A stretch of 64,000 nucleotides of DNA from Blasia pusilla (Eukaryota). Under the pieces are notes generated by a model. That model did no database searches and had not been told where the DNA came from. It was given only the letters and a program-made list of their open reading frames with translations. Position 1 is the first letter of the stretch. The number at the start of each line of letters is the position of its first letter. This document shows, in pieces, positions 53,701 through 64,000 of this stretch. The stretch covers positions 22,878,001-22,942,000 of the forward strand of contig CM114271.1 in NCBI GenBank assembly GCA_050084515.1. Reading direction: 5' to 3'. The translations under genes and the position numbers were made by a program.

Positions 53701-54098
53701 GATGCTCCAGTCGATGATACCAATTGTAGATTCTACGGTATGTTTCCTTCCAATAGCAGATTCCAGTTGACAAAAATGTTGGGTTTGCTCGATGTGATTC
53801 AAAATTTGAGCAATGGAGAATGGCAGCTATGAGCTTTAGCTTGAGTAGTAGTAGAAGGCAATTTTCTGTATTTAGAATGAGGACGTTTTTGTGTGGTGTC
53901 ATGTGTTGGGGCATTGTACATCACGTAAGTGCCCCTTGGTACTTCATGTTTCATGAGGGAAATTCTTCTTTATTCTTGCAGGTAGTGGAACAAACTATTC
54001 GTCCATGCTTACTAGACCTGAATGAGGATCCAGATGTAGATGTCAGGTTTTTTGCCGGGCAGGCTCTTCAAGCCTGTGATCAAGTTATGTGTGCATGA
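47773..54098 (+). CDS. PP2AA: Protein phosphatase 2A 65-kDa scaffold subunit A (HEAT repeats), 12 exons, 586 aa
   Basis: Exons 47773-48165, 49694-49940, 50117-50229, 50691-50770, 51118-51259, 51540-51620, 51948-52052, 52667-52849, 53029-53121, 53382-53521, 53671-53737, 53982-54098. All GT-AG, phases consistent, 1761 nt. Starts [33 protein letters not shown]. Confidence 0.97.
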
Positions 54099-55341
54099 TA
54101 ACAAATCCATTTTAGAGTTGTATTTAGTCGGGGAATAGCCAAATTGGTTGCACCTCTCAACTTCCATATTTTCACAGGCCTGTCAATGCAAAGAGGTCAG
54201 CGTCCATCATGCAAGTTGCTGTTGGTCCACGTAGAGAGGTTTTTCAGTCTCATTTGAATGCCGACACTGTTCCTGATGTAGATGGAAAGAAGTTGGCTAG
54301 GAGGAGATTGTTAGACCAAACAGATAAGCTTATTGTGTCCTGAAAGTCTACTGTCCTTCAAGGGGAAAAGTTTATAGTCTCGGACACGTGCTTGAAGAAT
54401 TGGAAAGACTCACAACTCGGTAGATTTATATGGAGTTGTGGAGGTATCTTCGTGTTTGTGTCAATATCAAGTGAATGCATGTTAGTCTCTTGTTGAAAGT
54501 TTTTGACGATCATAGCAAAACTGCAATGTGGTGAACTGGTGGATAGCAGTTCTTCATTCAAGAGACAACTTGCATCATCCTGACGGATTGAATGGAGTTT
54601 CTTTGTTAAAGAGGATGTCACTGAGGGTATTCCTGAGTTTTGGGATGGGCTCATGTACTCATTTGACGAATTCCAAGTAATTTTTCACTTGGATAGGTCA
54701 TTAAAGAACTGTGATCATGCTCGTCACTGTAATTTTGGAAATTTTAGGAATTTAGGCTGAGCGTTTGGAACTTGCCTCCATAATCTCAGGGATTGTTTAC
54801 AGTCTAGGAAGGAAAGCTGTTATGTAAACTGGCAAGGATTATGCCATCCTTACAGGAAACTGACTATCTTAATGTAGGTAGTCACGATAAGCAGGTCAGT
54901 GACACTGGCCACGGATGTTCTAGTGTATGTAGTCAACACAAGCAACTCAGGAGGCCTACAAAGTTGGTGCAGTAAGATTGGCGTTAAATAGATAATTTGG
55001 TTGTACTGCTTGTTTATAAAATTACATCCGGGACAGGTTTTTCCCACAAGTGGCTGTCCAAATTTGAGAACACGTCTTGTTTGTTGCTTGTTTTAGGTCA
55101 GGCATCATGTTTAGACTTGCGATGTACTGCTTGTTATAAAATTACACCTCATTAGAGGCTTTTTTTCCCCCCTTAGCACTGGCATTTCAAAACTGGGGAA
55201 ACGTGACCCTTTCAATCCTTGATCATGTTTGACGTTGTTTCCAGTTCTACTGTGGGATATATTATGAATAAATGACTGGAAAGCTTAGGAACCGTCCACC
55301 ATGACAGAAATCTCAACTCTCTACTTTTCAGTAGAGCCGTC

Positions 55342-58300
55342 TCATTTGACCCCATCGGTGTCGCAATCAGAGGTCCTTTGTGGTGTCAGAGTCCATTTGA
55401 ATTTCAGACTCTTGCTCTTGGCTTGCGCTGTGAGATGCAGATGAACCCTTGTGGCTTTTTTGATGTCCTCTAGATGTGGTCGTAGATGCCGTAGTGCCTG
55501 TCTTCCTCTGGACATGTGATGCATGACCTGTTCCAAACTGGGTAGGGTCGTCGAAGACGATGTCGGGAGGTGCATCCGGGTTTTCACTATATCTTTTGTC
55601 ACCGTCTTTTGGAGAAGCAATGTCAGAAGGGCCCCCTTTTTTATTCCTTCTCCGTTGCAAAACCCTCGAACGAGACCCTGTATCTTGATTGCAGCACCTT
55701 CCTTATATATTGCGTGAATCTGTTTCTCTCTCTCTATACGTAGAGGTAGTTCCAGTCCCTACAATCGACAAGCAGGAAGGTCATTGCGGCTCAAATCACC
55801 TCGCCTAACCACGAGTGTTCCATGAACAGTGCAGCTCATGGATATTACTCAACGGCTCGTGGCTAAACTGTCACCTAACGCATTAGAAACTTTCCATTAG
55901 ATGATGCAGACACTCAATATACACAGGTCTACAACAGCATCGGAGCGTACCCGCGGGCCGACTTTATACAAACACAGCGTCTCTAACAGCGATCGGAAGG
56001 GAATACCCTTCTCATTGCGGAAATAGTAGGCCTCGTACTGGATCCGCGAGTACCTGACATCCCCAGCCCAACGGAATGAAGGTTAATCTCTGCACTCTCG
56101 AAACACTCGTGCACCTCCTCAGGTAAAATTGCACCCGGTGGGATTACACTTACCATTTGGCAAATCCTACTTTACGCCGGCCCAAAGGGGGACCGAGTCG
56201 CTCCACGAATTCTCTCAATTTGTGGAGTCCAATATATCCTGTACACCTGCACCCACCGAATCGCAGCATGTATGTACCTTCCTGTCGTACCGAAACCTTC
56301 CAGCTCCGAAGGTGTGAAATTGTGGAACCACCTGGACGTCGTAATCGTGGTGAAGAGAGATGATTGCTTTCCGGAAAGTATGGTTAACAAGGACATGCGT
56401 CTCAGAATCAGAGCAGTACTGTGTCAAAGTTGTCCACAACACATGGACATGGTCAGACTTTCAGGGCAGTGGCAGCTTTTGGAGTAGGTCCCTTTCAGTA
56501 GCTGGGGATATCTTGGATTGCCATGTGCAGTGCCTTGCCAAGGTGGTCCAGTAGTCTACTACGCGACAAGGGATTTCTGTCGCCGAAAATCGTAGGCAGG
56601 ATTCAGTAGAAACCTACAATCGTAATCTTCAGCCGCTTTGAACTCTCAGTGCATATAATACATGTAATGGATGCAGTGGTGCCCAGTTCCTCTGGAACAT
56701 CATTCAATGGAGGATTACCCAAAAGCCCGAAAACCAGATTCTTGCTGATGTGGAAAACTCAAAACTGCAAGCCTTAGCTGCTTTGACGTACGTACGGTCT
56801 CACGTAGCCTCTCGAGTCATGCACCTTTTCCCACATCCTCCGTTTCACATCTTTGACATCCCTTAACCCTCAAACAACACTCGGCTGCATCTTTGATACA
56901 TTTGAATCCTTCAGAAATACACGGAAGATAGAGAGAGGCTGTACTCATTAGGTAGTGCCTGTCGTAGCCTTGGGACGGGCACTACCTAATGAGTTGGGTG
57001 GTGCTTGATACCGGGATGGGTGTAGAGAGAGGAGCAAGTGAAGAAGGTACCATATGAGAGAGAGACCGTATTCATTAAGTAGTGCTTGTCTTAGCCTTGC
57101 AATCATAGACCCCGCGCTCTGGTTGGACGGTGCTTGAGATTGGGATGGGTATAGAGAGAGGAGCAAGTGAAGAAGATACCGTATGAGAGGGGGGGACACT
57201 CTCATATAGTGTGATTTAACAACTTGTTTGTGCAGAGCTTCCAAGTGTCAACCAAGAAACTCTTCACCCTATCTACTTTACCCAATAGACAATAGGCAAC
57301 AGCTTTGGGCAATAAATCAAGGCTATTGAATGTGTTCTGGTGTTACCAGCTCAGCAATATGAGCATATGATCTTGCTCTATGTGCTATGAATTTTATGCA
57401 TGAGACCAAGTAACTAGAGGTTTCAGAGAGAGAAAGAGAGAGGAGATGTGGGGGTTATGGGAGTGTGGCAATGGAAGTTAACAAGCATGCATGGATTCTT
57501 CGGTGTGCTAGAATCTGACTAACAAAGCAGACCTAACAGGAGATGTGTGATCATGAATCAGACTTACTCATGATCAAAACCTCCTTGAGCCCACAAAACT
57601 TGGTATTGCACGAGGTGGGCTGGTGTGAGCAAAGCATTCTCATTGAGCAATCCAAAGGTGATGGAGTCCAGAATCTGGGCTACGAAGAGGTTGGCAAAGA
57701 TGTGGGTTGTTAGGCACACAAGAATGATCATATATGCTCTGCCTCCTGCTGGAAATCCACAATCGTTTTCGTATATGCTTACACCAACCACACAGTTTGG
57801 GCTGTCGATTGAGATGTCCGTCATAATACAAGACCAGTTGTCCAAGGTAGTGATCTGCTCACAATCACAAACATTCAACTTTTTTTAATAAAAAATCACA
57901 CGCGCCCATGATAAGACCAGACTGGAAACCCACCAAGAGAAGCATCCAACAACCCCATCACAACAACACACAACCACACTTTCATCAAAAGTAAAAAACC
58001 CATAAAGCAAAAGGTGATAGGAGAAACTCTTTGACTTGAGCTACAAGGAATAATAATACCACGACGCTCAACATTTTTTCAACAAGAACACAAACCCACA
58101 ATGAAAAGGGCATGGGAAACCCATTAACGAAAGCAAAGCGGTTAACTTTTCCTGAACGGAGAGCATACATCCACAAATAAAAAGGAGACTGGAAAACCCC
58201 AAAAAGAAAGCAACAAGCAATCGAGCCAAAATTCAACAAGCGTCAATAAATTAGAAGGGGATGTCAACAACCCACAAAGACAACCACAACGCAAGAAAAT

Positions 58301-61300
58301 ACATGCATCCACCAATAAAAAGGGGATGGGAAAACCCACAAAGAAAGCAAGAAGGAAACACCATATCCGCCTGCAAAACCTCATGATGAGTGAAGAAAAA
58401 GAAGAAAGAAGAGGAAACGAATGTGATAAATGATTCAACTCGAAAAACCCAGAAAGTCAAAAAGCCTACAAAACGCAATAATCAGAAATTGAAAAAAAAA
58501 TCGCTGCTCACATGAGTTCTTATCTCTTATTTGTATCCTTACATTTAACTCAACTTAGTTTTATGGCTTCCTTGGTTTAAGGAAGTCTAGGCTGAAAACT
58601 CAAGAATCTTAGGTCTTAGGGAGCTTTAGATTTATGAGTCCTCAATGGTGAATCCCTATTAGGGCGGTACCCTAATAAGGTTTAGGGACAGAAATTGATA
58701 AACCCTTAAGACATCCGCCCACAACTTATACGTGACGCCTTAATAGATCTTGGAGGCAATATCCCCCTCACTATGTTAGGACTCTTCAAGACTAATAATT
58801 TGCCAAATCATTCTTGGTGGATTGACAACCTATCCAAAAGAAGAGGGTGTCTAATTTAAATGGATGTAAAGAATCCATCATGAAGGACTTCCATTTTTCA
58901 TCCTTCCATAAGACCGTGGACAAAGACCAGTTCATGGGTGAAGTTTAGGGTATGCAATTCATGTACATCCATTCACGTACTCCATTCTTGAAATATCCAT
59001 CTGCAAGTTATGGAATTGTGGATAGGGACAAGTTCAAGGGTGACGTTTAGGGTTTGCATCCATTGATGTACTCCTTACTTGAAACATCTATCTGCAAGTT
59101 GTGGAATTGTGCACTCGAGCTACTTGTCTACAATTGTAGATTTTTCTGTAAAAGGCATGATGGCTTGTCCCACTTCCCATATGCTATAAACCCTTTAGCT
59201 TGATCCATTTTATTAGTGAGGAAAATTATGATTTTTTGATCTTGAATGTCCTTGTTAGCTGGAGCCATTTCTTGATACCCATGTTCATATCCCTCCTAGA
59301 TTGTCATTCTAGTGTGTCTACATATGAGCAATCTCTCACACCAGAGGGATATTGCTTGATCTTTGGTATGCTTGCTAGCTAGTGCCATTTCTCGGCTCCT
59401 TGTCATGGTCATATGCCTAGATCTGAGCTCTTTCTTGGCCCCTTATTGTAATATGTCTAGATCTGAGATCTAGAAGTTACATTGGAAGCTCTTAGGGCAA
59501 GATATATCTACAAGTTCTAACAGGGGAAGAAAGTAGAATAAACTCGTTCTATACATCCTGTATGGGGTGGAGTGGAAAATGATGTTTTAAAAAGGACCTG
59601 GTGTATCACCAGAAGAACAGGGTTGTCATGATTTTCTCAAGATAATTCCTCACATATCAGAGTTGGGAGATGTCGGTTGGAGACAGTACTCCCTTGAAGA
59701 CAACAGTTGATTTTGTGTGGAAGTCGAGACAAAAGGGATGAGGAGTGAATGAATGAGTGGGTGAGAGAGTGAAGAGCTAGAGCACTTAAGATTGTAGTAT
59801 TTGCAGCATCACAGAATGGCAATGAAGTAACAAAGGAGACTGCCAAAGAAGACAGGGAAGTCCAAAGAAACTACCAGTTCCATGTATTCCCCTCTGGTCT
59901 ACTGACCGCTCAGAGATGAAGAAAGGAAGCTATTTTGACCTCGCTAGTTTTGTCTGAGCTCGAAAAGACTCTTTATTGGCCAAAGCTGAATAAATGTCAA
60001 AAGTAAAATGATGGAGGACATTCGTGTAGTGAAGAAGTAGAGGATATGATTAACCTGGAATAACATGACGAATGAATTCATGAAGCTTGAAAAGTTCAAG
60101 TTGCCTTGATTATTGATACAGGATCCATCTCTGATATTGTTGAACACTTGAGTCCCCACTTGCGCCATTGCAAACAAAACAATGCCCATCAACCCCATAA
60201 TGTCCACCATAGAGGGCAAGCTTACAGCCACTGTTCTTACCATGGTGTTGAGGGCAGGAAAATAGCGGATCACACGAAAGATCCTAATCACCTGGAAGAA
60301 ACCCGCGACTTTCTTCCTTTTCTGGTTGATCTCTGTGGGATTAATACAAGCAGCAGACACCAATGCTATAATCAGTTCTGCTGCATTCCATTTGTCATGC
60401 CACCAATCCCCGATCTGCAGGCACACAATACCAATGGTGAGATTCATAATATGTGCAGTTCAATTCCACCTACTTTTCATTAGAGGTCACGCTCGTTACA
60501 CTTTCGAGTCGATGCTGGAAGTTTATGTCAGGAACTTCACAAAACCTATCGTGGAATTCTCTGGGAGTAGCAGAAATTTAAGCCCTCAATCTTTTCCCGA
60601 CAGCAGCCTCACAGCATTCATACATAGGACAGTCTTGGCACTGTCCTACGTATGAATGAAAGATTGTGTGATACTACAGCCAACTACTCAAGTGGTGACG
60701 AGTCCAGCACCTCCAAACGTGTGAGGATCCTTGCAATCCCTGTGCTACCCCCTGTTGATTACAAGCTGCAGATCCCATCCCCGTCCAACAACCTCATGCA
60801 CTTGGATTTATGTGAAGTGGCATATAAAAGCAGAATTTTTGAACTCAGTTCACTGTGGATGGGTTTTGGTTCAGTGCCTTGGGATTCTAGGAACATTATT
60901 CAAACAAGCCCATGAGAAGTCTTCATCCTCCAATGTGTTTAAGTTTCTCTTAATCAGTACTACCTACTAGGCGTCTTTCCTACTAAAATGATGGCATAGA
61001 CTGAGACTCATCCTCATTCTCAAACTCACTCCAATAAAGCTCTGGTCCTGGTAAGCGAGGAGTTCAGGACATACATTCACATGTCAAATGTGTGAAACTG
61101 TCTAAAATTTTGTCTCAGATGATAACAAAGCAGGCCAGAAAAGAGAAGAAAAGAGAAAGAGAGGACATGAAATCAAAGCAATGCAGGCGAGTTTGGCTAG
61201 ATGAAGTAGAAGGCTGGAAAGACAAGGTGGATCACCTCAGTGCCAACAAGCTTCAGCACGGCTTCGATGAGGTAGAGGGACACAAACATAATCTCTGACT

Positions 61301-64000
61301 TGTCGTATGAAGAGACGCTTTGTGCTTGGTTGTAGTGCTGAGCTGCAATGTACACATAATTGGTGATGACAACAAACATCACCAGGAGTTGGAAGTATCT
61401 GGAGTGAAGTATTTTGTAGCATCGACTCCGAATGCAGCCGTGGAGATGCTGAGGAAGACGCACAGGCTTCAAACTCTGAATCAAACGGTTGGTGTCTCGC
61501 CACAGCTTCTGTCTCTCAGTCAGCAACTTAGTTCCGGAGATGATACCGAATTGATCAATGAATACGCCCACAAACATGCGCAGAGTGAAGAAACCTCCAA
61601 TGCAAACAAAGGAGATAAAGAACAGAGCATGCGATGGGCTGATGTTTCTTTGGGGTTGCAACTCTTCTTTATGAGCTAAGTCCATCGAAGTATACAAGAA
61701 GTAGGATAGCCAGTTGTCGAATGTGGATGCCACAAAAATAGCTAGCATCCCTTGCCCAAAGTCATCGAAGTGGAAGGGAGGGTTGTACCAAGTACGAGGA
61801 GCCCAGAGACCGGAATCATTCATGAACATTCCAACACATTGTGCATGGCCTGCCACTGAGGAATCTGAGCAGGATATGAAACGGTTGGCATACAGCTGAA
61901 CTCCTATGACGGCATATATTGCATATACAACAATTGTGAAGCAAAAGATTTGAGTAATTGCAGGTATGGTATGGAGGAGTGAAGTCATTAGAGTCCTCAG
62001 ACCCTGGAACCTACTGATAAGCCGAGTGGGGCGGACTGCCATCAATATTCGAAACGCTCTCTGCCAGTTCTCGTTACTAGTTTTCCTCAAGTTGAGTATG
62101 TGTACAATAAGATTGAAAAGGTCGACGAAATTGTAGGGATCCCCCAAATATGCCTCAGGCGTAAACAGAAAGCCATAGGCAGCACTCTTGATTATCAGAT
62201 CTATTGAAAATACCTGCAACCACCAATGGCCACCAATTCTAAGGTCTGCAGATCAAATTCGTAGGCACATCCTGCTCTTATCGGCTCAACAGTTCACATC
62301 AGATAATCCCTTCTTTCAAAGGGGAGTTCAGTTTGGCTCAGTCCTTCACACGTACAGTAATGTATTCCATCTATATTAGCATTGGAGTGGTCAGAAAAAA
62401 ATTAGTCCTCATCACGAGCCGTGAATCAAATGCCAATGATTATGCATAGGTAGTGCAGGCAGGCACACATGATCATGGGAAAAGGATTGGAATTCCTAAA
62501 GTGACTGAATTTGGGACTATCGCCAAGTCTCTACTTAGAAGTTGTCAGTGAGTGTGCTCTTATGTGAGGTGGTTGGCATTCTCCATGAGTTTCTGCAGAT
62601 GTGATGTCCAGTATGACCATTTTCCTTCATTTGAGTTTTATTTGAGTTTCTCTTCTCATTTCTAGAAGATCAGCACCTTCTTTGCTATTAGTATCACAAC
62701 CTCTCCAGGTGATCTATGATTTCTTCAGACTACGACAACAACGGATGCGTTCAAATCTAAAAGCACGCGTGTCTATGAGAAAGGATGAAGAACCCCACCC
62801 ATTTCTTGATACAAAGGGACACTCCATGGATGCCCAGTACACATGAGTCATTACAGGATGCAAAAGGGTGCACATCCAAGTAGGCAGACTTGAATTTTGG
62901 TTCAAAGGTAGATTGAAGCTAAAGACAAGTTATGCTTCTTATGGTCACTGCACACTTGACTGCATTAGAAAGCATGGTCAGAGATCATTCAGAATCCCAG
63001 CCATTCCTTGAAACAAATGAACATTCTATGGATGTCCAGTACACAGGAGTCATTACAGGAGGGTGCGCACACATTCAAGGAGGCAGGCTTGAATTTTGGT
63101 TCAAAGGCAGATTGGAGTGAAAGGACAAGCTACACTGCTTATGGTCATTCCAAACTTGACTGTATTGGAAAGCATGGTCAGAGATGGCCCTCCATCAACT
63201 CATACAAAAGGCCCGAAGGTAAACGTCTGTGGACAGCGCATGCGCCTTCACCAGAATTCTACAGGTATTGCACGCCTGTAAATATTTTCATGATAGAAGG
63301 TCAGCACAAAGTACAGAACCGGTTAGAAATTCAGTTTTTGTGCCTTCCCTGAGACTGGAATCTGCAAGAAGTTTTCGAGTAAAGATGAAAAGTATGGACC
63401 AACTGACCGGTAGTGTGATGTCTGGTTCAGAGCGGGTGCAGCTGATTGAAGGGCTATTCAAACAGATGATGCTACAAACTGGTTAAAAGTATTGGCAATC
63501 ATAAGCTCCATGGCTTCCCTTGTGATGTAAAATGGTCAAGGCGGATGTGGTCGAGGCTTACATGCCAGGGAATGTGTTCGCAGTGGATCCAAAGATTCAG
63601 GAATACTCACAGCTAGTACAATGTAGTCCAATATCGGCAAGAATGGTGTCCCATATAGGATCAAAGGCACTCCAGTTGTACCTGTCTCAATAACAACGAA
63701 TATACTAACAGCTGCAATAAAAATCTGCCACCATTGATACCAGATGTTATCAATCACCCTGTTGCAGAAGGCTCGAACTTTGCTGCCAGGGTTGAAAAGG
63801 AATAGAGACCTTGGAGACATATACCATGGTACAACTTTCTCACCAGAACCTTCTATGCCCTCATAGTCAGAGAGGACGAACGAGGTGCGAACCTTCTTTC
63901 TACTTGGAGTTCTGCCATAAGGATCTTGAACTGGGTCAAGTTTAGACTCTTCCTTATTAGACTGCTTTGCCAGTTTAGCAACCATGGCTTGCTCATCTAC
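55342..64000 (-). CDS. Four-domain voltage-gated-type cation channel alpha subunit (NALCN/Cch1/Cav-like), 3' part: II-III linker, repeats III-IV, C-terminus
   Basis: Exons (-): 63611->64000, 61236-62213, 60055-60414, 57568-57854, 56154-56246, 55951-56053, 55342/55367-55758, with GT-AG borders and matching phases. S4 segments RAFRILMAVRPTRLISR and IRIFRVIRY; pores STFDNW and TTLDNW; S6 NLFVAQILD; LGPPLG; IQ motif AAIKIQGLVRGF. Confidence 0.9.
56941..57200. repeat. Intronic ~125-bp direct duplication; first copy contains a 21-bp hairpin
   Basis: gggatggg..tagagagaggagcaagtgaagaag occurs twice; inverted repeat at 56943-56963 / 56974-56994. Confidence 0.75.
62790..63185. repeat. Intronic ~200-bp tandem duplication
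   Basis: atggatg.ccagtacaca.gagtcattacagga, cttgaattttggttcaaagg and aaagcatggtcagagat each occur twice. Confidence 0.85.

Noticed and set aside
58560-59520. Possible LTR/TE remnant in a channel intron, with a ~100-bp duplication at 58915-59110
   Set aside because: No termini, TSD or coding motif could be established.

Overview
Eukaryotic, land-plant-like genomic DNA: spliceosomal introns, a plant-type PP2A A subunit and heavily CpG/CHG-decayed repeats. Bases 1-47.3 kb are a nested transposon graveyard. It holds two decayed copies of a Ty3/Gypsy-type LTR retrotransposon whose pol carries a DNMT3-like C5 cytosine methyltransferase between protease and RT. A nested, internally deleted member of the same family supplies an integrase ending in a PHD finger and has a 4-bp TSD. 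There are also two paralogous Helitrons of a divergent lineage sharing unknown spliced accessory genes, one canonical Helitron and two solo LTRs. A 10.4-kb hAT element (8-bp TSD) splits a Helitron helicase and itself contains a LINE inserted in (TC)n and a solo LTR. Bases 47.3-64 kb hold two convergent host genes: an intact 12-exon PP2A scaffold subunit A (+) and the 3' half (repeats III-IV, C-terminus) of a four-domain NALCN/Cch1/Cav-like cation channel (-). All calls come from manual reading and motif recognition; no searches were run.
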